A stretch of 64,000 bases of DNA, taken from sequence record MW879344.1. The stretch is one strand, 5' to 3'. The position numbers and the translations under genes were made by a program. How positions within the stretch are numbered: the first letter of the stretch is position 1; every line of letters starts with the position of its first letter. The notes beneath the pieces are model-generated. The model worked only from the letters and a program-made list of their open reading frames with translations, was not told the origin of the DNA and ran no database searches. Positions 53,755-63,765 of the stretch are shown here, in pieces.

Positions 53755-54237
53755 ATGGAACACAAAATTGTTGGTCATAGTACTGATGAATCAATACAAA
53801 CAACTTTCTATATCATCAATAGTACTAATACTGATAAAGTACTGTTCGATTCTATGGGTGGATTGCAGTTTGAACCAATCACCTATAAAAATGAATGGGC
53901 TAATGTAATGAACTTTACAACTGCTAAAGCTGCTTATTCATATATTAAGCATTTGTATAGCAAAGATAGTATCATTACTAAGCATTATAACTTAGCAGTT
54001 ATGGGTCGTACTATCATCGAAACTGTAAACTCCGTGGTTTACAGTACGTACTTGACACATAAAGAACATACTGATGCACAGAATTATGGTCACATGGATA
54101 CATTTGAACATTTCTATTCATCTATACATCCTGAATGGTCAGAAAGTAAAATGCGTGAAGAACGCAGTACTGAAGCACCTGAGTATATTTCTTCAGTACT
54201 TCAAAATGCCTTCGAGTTGTACAAGCAACTGTTGTAA
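53755..54237 (+). CDS. hypothetical protein
   Basis: ATG 53755. Confidence 0.75.
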   Translation: MEHKIVGHSTDESIQTTFYIINSTNTDKVLFDSMGGLQFEPITYKNEWANVMNFTTAKAAYSYIKHLYSKDSIITKHYNLAVMGRTIIETVNSVVYSTYLTHKEHTDAQNYGHMDTFEHFYSSIHPEWSESKMREERSTEAPEYISSVLQNAFELYKQLL

Positions 54238-54240
54238 TTA

Positions 54241-54266
54241 AAAAAGCCCCAATAAGGGGCTTTTTT
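54241..54266. terminator. bidirectional intrinsic terminator
   Basis: AAAAAGCCCC-AATAA-GGGGCTTTTTT between convergent genes. Confidence 0.85.
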
Positions 54267-55401
54267 ATGATAATGAAGGAGTAACTAATGGTTGGAAACC
54301 AATAACTACCTTACTACTTCCATAATTTGGAAGTAATGAATAATTGCCACTATTACCACAACCATATATTTTAAAATCGGTTATAAAATATGTAGTACCT
54401 GTACCGAAATGAATAATATCTTTGAGTTGGGATATTATAGCAGGATCAGTACCAGGAACTTGTGTAAATGAAGACATATAATTATTCCAAGGTGCAGCAA
54501 TAGTATTTGCTCCACCAATTGGATATGTCGAAGTTTGATAACCACTGAAATAAAGATTATTATCTGTACCAATTATGTGAGTACAACTTTGATAACTATG
54601 TATTGATTTTATAGTTGACAAATTAAATGGAAGTACTATCCAGTCGGTAACACCAGAAGTTAAACCATTACCTAGTTGACCATTAGAATTTTGTCCTTGT
54701 ACATACCACGTACCATCACTTTTCTTTACAAATAATGCACCATACATTACGTATACATCAACAACATCTGTGTTTAATGTTATAAATGATGGATTAGTCG
54801 ATGGATTAGCTGAACCTAATAAATTTGTTCCATTATATCCAGAACCAACTATTGTACCATCATTTTTTAATACAAATAAGTTATCAATAATATCATCTTT
54901 TGTGAATATATCTTTCACATTAGTCAATGGTAGTTTAATAAAAGATTGACTTGTTGTAGTAGTTCCATTTCCATATGAACCATATCCATTTCCACCAACT
55001 GCCCAAACTTCACCAACAGTATTCAAAACAAATATAGAACTAGAACTTACACACATTTTTTTAACAATACCAAATGAGTTAAAACTTGAGCTAACATTGC
55101 TCCAAGGTACGGTTGTACGTATTCCAAATGGATTTGATGATCCGCTCCACCAGTAAGTACCATCATTCTTGAGTACAAATGACCAACTAGTATTACTCCA
55201 TACATCTTTAACATCTGAAATTGTTTTTACAAATCCAGTAAATGGTACACCTAAACCTAACCTAGAATCATCACCCATTCCATATAACGAATTTGTTGAA
55301 TCCTGAGAAAGTAGCCCTAAACTAATTCTACTAGTAACAAACTTTTTATAGAATCTTTTTTCGCGTATTGTAGTATTACTTATTATTGGGAAAGGTAACA
55401 T
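54265..55401 (-). CDS. MLPFP-family, RCC1-like beta-propeller protein
   Basis: VWAVGGNGYGSYG, GQNSNGQLG repeats. Confidence 0.8.
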   Translation of the reverse strand: MLPFPIISNTTIREKRFYKKFVTSRISLGLLSQDSTNSLYGMGDDSRLGLGVPFTGFVKTISDVKDVWSNTSWSFVLKNDGTYWWSGSSNPFGIRTTVPWSNVSSSFNSFGIVKKMCVSSSSIFVLNTVGEVWAVGGNGYGSYGNGTTTTSQSFIKLPLTNVKDIFTKDDIIDNLFVLKNDGTIVGSGYNGTNLLGSANPSTNPSFITLNTDVVDVYVMYGALFVKKSDGTWYVQGQNSNGQLGNGLTSGVTDWIVLPFNLSTIKSIHSYQSCTHIIGTDNNLYFSGYQTSTYPIGGANTIAAPWNNYMSSFTQVPGTDPAIISQLKDIIHFGTGTTYFITDFKIYGCGNSGNYSLLPNYGSSKVVIGFQPLVTPSLS

Positions 55402-55412
55402 ATATATTCCTC

Positions 55413-56255
55413 TTATTGATTATTTGTTAATTGATTAGGGAATGATCTACCTGCACCCCATATAACTCGTACTCCACCTTGGCATGTAGTAGAATTTGAA
55501 CCCCCTGCACCACGATAGTTAGTACTTCCCATATTTGAAGAACCAGCAGCACCTTCATTTCCCCGACCTCCACCAGTACCATTGTTACCTTGACCATACA
55601 TAGCAGTTCCACCACCTGAACCACCATATGACTGTGAACCTAGACCAGAACCGCCACCGCCGCCAGCACCACCAGCACCAGTTCCTCCTGATCCTCCTGA
55701 ATATACACCACCATTTCCTCCTGAACCAGAATATCCTCCAGCACCACCGGAACCACCTCTGCCGTTTCCATATTGTCCAGCACCACCGGAACCACCATTA
55801 GCACCCCCATCATTTATAGTACTTGCAGATTTACCACCTGTACCACCTGTACCTGCATATGGTGTTGTACCACCCGTACCACCATTCGCTATAACTAATG
55901 TATCAGTATTTCTTCTAATTGCACTTAATGTTCCACCGCCCCCAGTACTACCTATTGAATTAACTGGTGCACCTCTAGAACCAACAATTATTGTTAAGGT
56001 TTCGCCTGGAGTTACAGGAATATTATTTCTAAAACTTAGTCCACCGCCTCCGCCTCCGCCACCAGCAGGATATGAACCTGATCCACTAGGTGGACCATAA
56101 TATGTATTTGAACCACCACCACCACCGATAACAACTGCACTGATAGAATAAACATCATGAGGTACTGTAAAATTAAATGTTCCAGTACTAATCCATTCTT
56201 GTTGACCTTTAGGTGGAAGTTTGTTAGTATTACTTATTATTGGAAATGGTAACAT
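55413..56255 (-). CDS. MLPFP-family, glycine-rich fibre-type protein
   Basis: FTVP..VYSISAVVIGGGGG...GGVRVIWG. Confidence 0.8.
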   Translation of the reverse strand: MLPFPIISNTNKLPPKGQQEWISTGTFNFTVPHDVYSISAVVIGGGGGSNTYYGPPSGSGSYPAGGGGGGGGLSFRNNIPVTPGETLTIIVGSRGAPVNSIGSTGGGGTLSAIRRNTDTLVIANGGTGGTTPYAGTGGTGGKSASTINDGGANGGSGGAGQYGNGRGGSGGAGGYSGSGGNGGVYSGGSGGTGAGGAGGGGGSGLGSQSYGGSGGGTAMYGQGNNGTGGGRGNEGAAGSSNMGSTNYRGAGGSNSTTCQGGVRVIWGAGRSFPNQLTNNQ

Positions 56256-56269
56256 TTTTTTCTCCTTAA

Positions 56270-57433
56270 TTAAAATGGCATCCCATTCATTTTTGTTAAT
56301 GTAGTTCGTACTATATTTCCATCAGGCAACTGTGTTCCGTTACCAGTAGCTCCCCCCGCACCCCATAAATCACCAGAATTTGTTAATATTAATATCTTGG
56401 ACCAATCTTTTGAAATAGTATTAATATTATCTATACCTCCTAATGCTGTAAGATTTAGAGTATATACTGAACTTATTGGTGTAGTTGTATTACCATTGCC
56501 TATTTGTCCATATTCATTTCGACCACAATGACGTATTGTACCATTGCTTAAATATAATGGTGAACCTGAATTAGCATTAGTTGTATTACATTGAGTATAA
56601 AATCTTTGTACTGGATTAAATGATATAGAATTATTAATTATAGGAACAGTACTTGACGTTGGTGAAAGACTACCAACACCAGCTTGACCAGAACCATTAT
56701 TACCAGACCAATATATTTGCCCACTCAATAAGTAATACCATGTTGTAGTATATGTAGCTCCAATTTCAAAAACACCGGTTCTAGATTGTGTTGGTGTAGT
56801 TATAATTGCAGTACTTCCTACCCCACCTTCCCCATAGCTATTTTGACCACAAAATAAAACATTGTTAAATGAATCAATAAAATGTGTCCCAACAAAAGAA
56901 CAACGTAATTTTTTAATTCCATTAAGAGTACTATGTATCGTAAGACTTAAAATATCTGAACCTGAACTACCATTACCAATTTCACCATATGTATTTCGAC
57001 CACAATAAACATATTGACCACTTGTAGTTAAAATTCTAATACATTGACCAATATAACAATCTGCAATATCATATACACTTACACCAATTGCAGAAAAATA
57101 TTGTGTTACGTTTAACCATGTAGTAGTATTAGTACCAATTTGTGGAAATGCAACAGCACTTCCAGAATAATAAATTTGTAAATCAGTTCCTAAAACTAAT
57201 GTTCCATGTACGCCTAAAAAATATTTCCATACTCCATTTTTACATACTGTAAAAGTAGGAACATTTGAAGTTGTACCTAAACCTAGTTGTGAATAATTAT
57301 TTTGACCATATCCATATAATGTATTATCTTTTAAAAACATTGTGTTAGTATAATTCGTTTGAAGTGGTCTGTCAAACGGTTCTAATGGAGGTCTTGTATT
57401 TCCATATACTACTAGTACTGGACTCGGAAACAT
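56270..57433 (-). CDS. MLPFP-related (MFPSP), RCC1-like protein
   Basis: GQNNYSQLG, GRNTYGEIG, GRNEYGQIG. Confidence 0.8.
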   Translation of the reverse strand: MFPSPVLVVYGNTRPPLEPFDRPLQTNYTNTMFLKDNTLYGYGQNNYSQLGLGTTSNVPTFTVCKNGVWKYFLGVHGTLVLGTDLQIYYSGSAVAFPQIGTNTTTWLNVTQYFSAIGVSVYDIADCYIGQCIRILTTSGQYVYCGRNTYGEIGNGSSGSDILSLTIHSTLNGIKKLRCSFVGTHFIDSFNNVLFCGQNSYGEGGVGSTAIITTPTQSRTGVFEIGATYTTTWYYLLSGQIYWSGNNGSGQAGVGSLSPTSSTVPIINNSISFNPVQRFYTQCNTTNANSGSPLYLSNGTIRHCGRNEYGQIGNGNTTTPISSVYTLNLTALGGIDNINTISKDWSKILILTNSGDLWGAGGATGNGTQLPDGNIVRTTLTKMNGMPF

Positions 57434-57480
57434 ATTAAATCTCCTTTGTAAATTAATATCCAGTATTTACCTGTGTAATA

Positions 57481-57507
57481 AAAAAAGCCCATCCGTAGAT
57501 GAGCTTA
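57481..57507 (-). terminator. intrinsic terminator (minus)
   Basis: rc AAGCTCATCT-ACG-GATGGGCTTTTTT. Confidence 0.7.
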
Positions 57508-57510
57508 AAT

Positions 57511-58239
57511 TTAAATAGGATATATGTTGTTAATATCAAAGTTCTCTGTCCATACTGCTCCAGTTCGGAAACGCACTCTCTCGACAATACTATGTACTGT
57601 TCCAGATGGTGAGTTTACATGTCCACCAACACCACAAATAGTTGCAGATGCTGGAGATGCAACAGTGTAAGTAAATGAATCAACTAATATACCATTAATA
57701 AAAAAATAATTCATATTAGAAGTACTATCATATACATATGCAATATGTTTCCATGTGCTGGTGAACAACGATGAATAATTAGATTTAGGTCTAATAATAT
57801 TAGCACCGTTATTTTGATACCTCATACCTTGAGTATCTACACCATAAAACCATAATAAGTACTTGTTGTCATTTGGAGCTAATTGTCTATACATACCATA
57901 AGGTATAAATTCTATACCAGCAGTACTTGATTGTGAATACCACATATCTATAGTGAATGATGAAGTACTAAATGATGGTGGTATCTGTGAACTACCAGCC
58001 ACTAATAATGCACCATACAGTGCTATACCACTTCCATATGGAGAAGCAACACCAGTATTAAGAGTGGGATTAGGGGAGCTTGCATTTTGTTTATCTATAC
58101 TAATTATTTTACTTTTGTAGTCATTGAAATTGGTATTAGGAATAAAATTATTTGAATCAAATGCAAGTACTACATTGGAACCTGTGTACCAATTTTTGGC
58201 AACATTTCCATATTCCGATATTCTTGGAAATGGTAACAT
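57511..58239 (-). CDS. MLPFP-family, LamG/ConA-like lectin-fold protein
   Basis: FTIDMW, WKHIAYVYD, FFINGIL, VERVRF. Confidence 0.75.
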   Translation of the reverse strand: MLPFPRISEYGNVAKNWYTGSNVVLAFDSNNFIPNTNFNDYKSKIISIDKQNASSPNPTLNTGVASPYGSGIALYGALLVAGSSQIPPSFSTSSFTIDMWYSQSSTAGIEFIPYGMYRQLAPNDNKYLLWFYGVDTQGMRYQNNGANIIRPKSNYSSLFTSTWKHIAYVYDSTSNMNYFFINGILVDSFTYTVASPASATICGVGGHVNSPSGTVHSIVERVRFRTGAVWTENFDINNIYPI

Positions 58240-58248
58240 ACTATATCC

Positions 58249-59046
58249 TTATAAATCTGTTGTTTTTGAACTAGGAAATGCCCTTCCATTTCCCCATATA
58301 ATACGAACAGCCCCTGCTCCACCAGGACATAATGCAGTACCTCCACCACCTCCACCATATAAGCCGCCCCTTGATACTGTTGTACTTGTTGCAACACCAT
58401 CGGTTCCACCAGAACCACCTCTACCTACTGAACTCGATGCATTAGATGGAGAACCAGTTCTTGCCGCTCCACTTGCACCTTCACCAAGTAAACCAACTCC
58501 ACCACCAGAACCACCATAGAAGGTTGAACTAGATGTAAAAGCTACACCTGCTCCCCCTGCTCCACCCGTACCTGCACTAGATATAGTACCATTACCAATA
58601 CCACCATTACCAGAATATCCTCCAGCACCGCCACCACCACGTGATGAAGTATCGAATCCACCATTACCACCACCAGTACTGTTAACACCAATAGTACTAC
58701 TAGTGTCATTGTTATTACCACCTTTAGCAATTAATAATACTTCTGAAGTGCTAGCTCTTACTATTTTAGATGATACTGATACTGACCCAGCATTTGTTTG
58801 ATTCGCTGCGGTTATATTAAGTACTTCTCCTGGTGTTACTGGTATATTGTTTCTCCAGCGGAGATCACCACCAGCACCACCAATTACTGTATTTGAAATA
58901 TATCTACCTGAACCAGCACCTACGCATACGGCACATATACTATGAACTCCAGCAGGAACGGTAAAGGTTGTTGTTTGTGCAGTCCATTGTTGTTGACCAG
59001 TCGGTACTGATACTGTTGTGTGACTGATGATTGGAAATGGTAACAT
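58249..59046 (-). CDS. MLPFP-family, glycine-rich fibre-type protein
   Basis: FTVPAGVHSICAVCVGAG...GAVRIIWG; paralog of 55413-56255. Confidence 0.8.
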   Translation of the reverse strand: MLPFPIISHTTVSVPTGQQQWTAQTTTFTVPAGVHSICAVCVGAGSGRYISNTVIGGAGGDLRWRNNIPVTPGEVLNITAANQTNAGSVSVSSKIVRASTSEVLLIAKGGNNNDTSSTIGVNSTGGGNGGFDTSSRGGGGAGGYSGNGGIGNGTISSAGTGGAGGAGVAFTSSSTFYGGSGGGVGLLGEGASGAARTGSPSNASSSVGRGGSGGTDGVATSTTVSRGGLYGGGGGGTALCPGGAGAVRIIWGNGRAFPSSKTTDL

Positions 59047-59103
59047 ATTGAATTCCTTATTTTAAAATATTTACCCAAAATAATATTAATTTGAGTTAAG
59101 TTT

Positions 59104-60237
59104 TTATACACTTGGAAATGATGTTTGTCTTGAACCAAGTACAACATTCGTGGTAGTACTTCCTAATCTCCCATCAGCACTATAACCAGATGCATATTTC
59201 GTGTTATCAATCAAGTTTATAATTAACATACCAGCACGTATATTATCTGAATAATCACTAATTGTGGTAGGGAATGTATATGAAGTAAACACTGGAACAA
59301 TAGCAGTACTTCCAGTAGTACTTAAACTAGAATATGAATTTATTCCAGCGAACCATAAAGTACTAGGATCTGATTTAAGTACATAATATGTATTGTATTC
59401 TGAATCAACTGCGGATAATACGTTTGATGCCATTAGATAAGGATCACTGTAATATACATTACCTGTATTATTATTCCCTGCTTGTGCTTGTGACGAATTT
59501 CCAATAAAATATAAATTATCATTGGAATCTATATAGTTCAAATGCTTTCCACCAACTGAAAAAGATTTAACACCATTCAAAAATGGAGCACTTGTCCATA
59601 TTCTTTTAGTACTGTCAGTTGCATTCATTGGTATACCTGTAGCACTTACTGCACCACATGCTTGATAACTTCCATCCATCATCTTTGCATATGTACACAT
59701 ACCAGATGAACCAGTACCATAAGCATATCCAACTTCTTGAACTGAACTTAATGTCTTGGTTAAAGTACTGTACGAAGATACAGTAGTACCAAATTGATAA
59801 CTTGTATTATTTCCTATAAAATATAAATCACCATTCTTTAGAAGTACACAGGCACTTTGAAAAGAAGCACTTTTAATAGTCACTATATCACTTATGTTTG
59901 TTATACCAGCAGACCTAAATTGAGAAGTCAAATCTAATTTTTGATATGATGAACCAGTCATTCCCCAAAAGGAGTTATCACTACCGTATCCGTAAATTTT
60001 ATTACTTGCATAACATAACATGTAAGTGATATACTGACCAGTAAACACAGCATCTACCGATTCACCTGGTGGGGTTTGTTCGAACCATGCAGTACTGACT
60101 GGTGCATTTGACCAATATCTACCACGCACAAATACTCTTTTGTTTATAAAATATAATGTGTCAATTAACCCATTAAGTAATGGTTCTATTGGCTTATATC
60201 TACTATTCGTATTACTTATTATTGGAAATGGTAACAT
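59104..60237 (-). CDS. MLPFP-family, RCC1-like protein
   Basis: LYFIGNN repeats. Confidence 0.75.
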   Translation of the reverse strand: MLPFPIISNTNSRYKPIEPLLNGLIDTLYFINKRVFVRGRYWSNAPVSTAWFEQTPPGESVDAVFTGQYITYMLCYASNKIYGYGSDNSFWGMTGSSYQKLDLTSQFRSAGITNISDIVTIKSASFQSACVLLKNGDLYFIGNNTSYQFGTTVSSYSTLTKTLSSVQEVGYAYGTGSSGMCTYAKMMDGSYQACGAVSATGIPMNATDSTKRIWTSAPFLNGVKSFSVGGKHLNYIDSNDNLYFIGNSSQAQAGNNNTGNVYYSDPYLMASNVLSAVDSEYNTYYVLKSDPSTLWFAGINSYSSLSTTGSTAIVPVFTSYTFPTTISDYSDNIRAGMLIINLIDNTKYASGYSADGRLGSTTTNVVLGSRQTSFPSV

Positions 60238-60246
60238 TTTTTCTCC

Positions 60247-60504
60247 TTAATTAAAATCTGGTATTACTAATGGCCTATAAACACTATCATTTTGTGGGAA
60301 CATTAATCCTAAACCCCATACCTCTTGATAATCTGCACCTAAACTGTACGTAGTATCACCAAGTTGTCCGTACTGGTTATTGCCTCTAGTATATAATTGT
60401 CCATTTGTTCCAAGTACTGCAATGTGGGATGATCCAGCTATAAACTTTTGAATTCTGTAATTACTTTTTTGACGTAAATTACTTATGATTGGAAATGGTA
60501 ACAT
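60247..60504 (-). CDS. MLPFP-family, truncated single RCC1-like repeat
   Basis: GQLYTRGNNQYGQLG; only 85 aa. Confidence 0.65.
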   Translation of the reverse strand: MLPFPIISNLRQKSNYRIQKFIAGSSHIAVLGTNGQLYTRGNNQYGQLGDTTYSLGADYQEVWGLGLMFPQNDSVYRPLVIPDFN

Positions 60505-60518
60505 TTGTTGTTCTCCTA

Positions 60519-61676
60519 TTATTCTGGAACCTCTTGTGGTAAAAAATTATATGTAGTCGCATCTAACCACGTTACATTACCACAGGCATATAATATATTA
60601 TTCTGTACAACAAATGTAACACCTGTAGTATCAGCATTACCCGCTGAACAAAATGATGTAATTCCAGTACTAGGCAATGGCATAATAGTAAATCCAGTAC
60701 TCTTGTTAGTACTTGAACCTAAACTTGGCCCAGCACTTCCCGCTGAATATAAATTTGTACTACCTGCATCAGTATAAAATGATTGGTGACCAATTTCTAA
60801 ATATCCAGTACCAAATGAACTAAATGAATTTCCAGTTCCTCCAGCACCAACCCTAAACGTAGGTGTGTAGTTAGAACCATAAGGAGGTATAGCACCACCA
60901 GGATTCGTAGATGTGTATCCACAATATAATATTGCAGTATCATTCAATGTACTATCAGATGCAGCATATATTAATGTATGAATGTATCCCTCAAAGGCCA
61001 TGACAGGATATGTGTATCCAGCAGGTAATGTTATAGTAGTCCATGAAGCCATGTCAGTATTACTATTATTTCCCATCTTATAATTCTGTGCTAAACCCCT
61101 TGCATACAATATATTATTTGTACCTATACAAAACGTTCCAGCTAGATTACTGTGAACGTACTTCACCGATGAACGTGTTAACGTAAATGCAGTACTAGTA
61201 CTATTCAAGGCACCAACTCCTAAAGTATTATATGCGTTAAATCCTAAAGCATATAAGTTGTTATTCGTATTCAATAATACAAATGTTCCATATATGTTTA
61301 AACATATCTGCTTAACTGTCGTTGCAGGTGTTGAGGTTAATGTGTATAATCTATCATATACCGTCCACAAATAACTCGTACCACCATATCCTAATGCTCT
61401 ACCATATCCAGCACATAAGAATTGATCATCATATGTTTGTATTATAGTGTGATAATTGTTTAACCAAACCTCTTTAACATTCGTCCGTACTAGTACCCAA
61501 TTCTTATAATCACTAGGTGAAGCTATTCCAAAATTAGTATATTGATTTGAACCCCGCATGTATAAATTACCATTATCGTATAATAATGCAACAACTCTAC
61601 CTGATCCAAGTACTTTCTTTATTTTATTTTTTACTACTGTATTCCCATACTTATTCATTATTGGAAAGGGTAACAT
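60519..61676 (-). CDS. MLPFP-family, RCC1-like protein
   Basis: LYMRGSNQY, LYALGFNAYNTLG repeats. Confidence 0.8.
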   Translation of the reverse strand: MLPFPIMNKYGNTVVKNKIKKVLGSGRVVALLYDNGNLYMRGSNQYTNFGIASPSDYKNWVLVRTNVKEVWLNNYHTIIQTYDDQFLCAGYGRALGYGGTSYLWTVYDRLYTLTSTPATTVKQICLNIYGTFVLLNTNNNLYALGFNAYNTLGVGALNSTSTAFTLTRSSVKYVHSNLAGTFCIGTNNILYARGLAQNYKMGNNSNTDMASWTTITLPAGYTYPVMAFEGYIHTLIYAASDSTLNDTAILYCGYTSTNPGGAIPPYGSNYTPTFRVGAGGTGNSFSSFGTGYLEIGHQSFYTDAGSTNLYSAGSAGPSLGSSTNKSTGFTIMPLPSTGITSFCSAGNADTTGVTFVVQNNILYACGNVTWLDATTYNFLPQEVPE

Positions 61677-61781
61677 GTAAAATTCTCCTTATTTTTTACT
61701 ACTGTGTAGTAGTCACCTATAATCATCAGTATTTACCTCATTAAACAAAAATAGCTCAACCTAATATTGAGCTATATGTCG

Positions 61782-61880
61782 TTACACTAATTGTCTTATA
61801 CTTAGTTTCTGAATGTATCCATAAAATGTAGATACAGATGCACCACGTACATTATTACTTATTATTCGTAGTGGTAACAT
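61782..61880 (-). pseudogene. MLPFP-family relic (32 aa, MLPLRIISN...)
   Basis: Family leader with GGAG SD, early stop. Confidence 0.6.
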
Positions 61881-61889
61881 ATATCTCCC

Positions 61890-62555
61890 TTAACTTAATT
61901 TTGTTATCTTTATATATGCTAATGATCCTGAACTATAATAGTACTGACCACTCGCCGCATCTACATAGCCACCACCTATACTAAAGTAATCACCTCGACC
62001 AAATGCATATGCAGGATAATTCTGTGTTACTCCAGTACGTGCATTGTATATGCTCCAACCAATCCCACGTATGAATGTTATCTTTAATGTCTCCCAACCT
62101 AATGTATTCGCCCCATTCATCAGTACTCTATTAAAACTAGAACCCGTATCACAAAATATTTGAAAGTACGTGCTCGGATACTGATTCGCACTACACGATA
62201 TTCCCGCAACCCTGCGTGTACCATAATTTCCAGTCTGCCATAGTACCTGTAATGTTCCCGTATTACACTTGAACATGTAATCTATCTCGAAATCGATATT
62301 CCTTAAATCTAATTGTGAACCATCAGTAATTGCAGGTGATAAGTAATATCCATTGTTGAATACCATTACATTTCTATCTACTTCAGAATCATATTGTACT
62401 ATTCCCGCTGAACCACTCGATAACGGAAACTGTACCCCAGTACTGTCTATCATAGATGTACTTCCTATATCTTGTCTATCAAAATCTATATCCAATAGTA
62501 TATTAGCCGCTGGTGCAACATTTCCGTACTCGACTATTCTCGCAAATGGTAACAT
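61890..62555 (-). CDS. MLPFP-family (MLPFA), LamG/ConA-like protein
   Basis: FEIDYMF, WETLKITF, GSLAYIKI. Confidence 0.7.
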   Translation of the reverse strand: MLPFARIVEYGNVAPAANILLDIDFDRQDIGSTSMIDSTGVQFPLSSGSAGIVQYDSEVDRNVMVFNNGYYLSPAITDGSQLDLRNIDFEIDYMFKCNTGTLQVLWQTGNYGTRRVAGISCSANQYPSTYFQIFCDTGSSFNRVLMNGANTLGWETLKITFIRGIGWSIYNARTGVTQNYPAYAFGRGDYFSIGGGYVDAASGQYYYSSGSLAYIKITKLS

Positions 62556-62599
62556 CTCTATTCCTCTCCTTGAACCTAGTGTTAGGTCACTCCATTATT

Positions 62600-63682
62600 T
62601 TATTTCGGCTGCTCTAACTTATAGTACGATATAGAAGTACCCTGATTAACTAATAAATCAGAACCAGCTCCATATATCCCCGTACTCGTGTGCAATACCG
62701 TACTCGTGTTTGTACCTGTTAAATCAATTAATGATCCACTAAAAGATGTAATAGGATAATACTTCGTCCAGACCGTCTGATTCGATGAAGAACTTCCAGA
62801 ATATAAAGTCTGCCCACATCCCCATATACCATCACTTCCAATCACCGATGCTCCATATCCCCAACAATGTATCTTAGCAGGTAACAGTATTAAAGTATTC
62901 ATTAACTTCGTTAAACCCCTATTACCTGTACTTCCACTTAAACCTAAAGATATTAATGCATTCTGACCCCTGCCCCATATCTCTCCATTAAGAAGTACTA
63001 TATATACATTGTTAATTCCTCCTAATGCAAATGATACAGAAGTCGTTATACTAGTGTAAGTACTAAATGATGTACCACTGTTAGAAATCTGTAACTGTGC
63101 ATTTGAACCAGTACCAAATAATTCTGAACCCCGTACTATATAAGTGTTGGTACTGTTAATACTAAATGAATCTACATTACTAGAACTCAACGTTAGTACT
63201 GGACTTATCGCTGTACTTCCTGTACCTAAATTTGTACCAGTTAAATATAAATTCTTATTACTTAATAATACTCCTATACTACCAGTACTACTCTGTATAT
63301 CTGTAACAGTACTTCCATCTGAGGTTAAGGTGCTTAAATCATAAAACTCTGTCCATGTCAGTACTTGAGTAGATACAGAACTATCACCTATTATTGCTCC
63401 CCTCTTACCACTGTATAGGAGCTTCTTCCCCTTACGTATTATAGATGTGTATGTGTTGGAGTTCCTATTCAAATATATATCATCCACTCCAGTTGCACTC
63501 AATGTCCATGTAGTCCTCTGTGTGGTATCACCTAATCCTAATTGACCATTGGAATTTGTACCATAAGAGTATACATTTCCTGTGTTACTTAAAGCAAGAT
63601 AATATCCATTAGCACCAACGTATTTTACAATAGATACCTTCAATATTATATGTGTATTACTTATTATTGGAAATGGTAACAT
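62600..63682 (-). CDS. MLPFP-family, RCC1-like protein
   Basis: VYSYGTNSNGQLGLG, IWGRGQN. Confidence 0.8.
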   Translation of the reverse strand: MLPFPIISNTHIILKVSIVKYVGANGYYLALSNTGNVYSYGTNSNGQLGLGDTTQRTTWTLSATGVDDIYLNRNSNTYTSIIRKGKKLLYSGKRGAIIGDSSVSTQVLTWTEFYDLSTLTSDGSTVTDIQSSTGSIGVLLSNKNLYLTGTNLGTGSTAISPVLTLSSSNVDSFSINSTNTYIVRGSELFGTGSNAQLQISNSGTSFSTYTSITTSVSFALGGINNVYIVLLNGEIWGRGQNALISLGLSGSTGNRGLTKLMNTLILLPAKIHCWGYGASVIGSDGIWGCGQTLYSGSSSSNQTVWTKYYPITSFSGSLIDLTGTNTSTVLHTSTGIYGAGSDLLVNQGTSISYYKLEQPK

Positions 63683-63758
63683 TAATTATTCCCCCTTACC
63701 ATTGTATTCCGCGTGTAGCAGTCACTAGTCAATTATAATTATGTACTATAATATCTAA

Positions 63759-63765
63759 TATTTAC
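63759..63765 (-). promoter_or_regulatory. late-type promoter core GTAAATA
   Basis: Same core upstream of array genes at 57464-70, 59068-74, 61730-36; resembles T4 late TATAAATA. Confidence 0.6.

Noticed and set aside
58124-63344. Plus-strand ORFs over the MLPFP array (e.g. Pro-rich 58124-58519)
   Set aside because: Antisense shadows of Gly-rich codons
54265-63682. Diversity-generating retroelement or shufflon
   Set aside because: No reverse transcriptase or invertase, no TR/VR pair, all genes co-oriented
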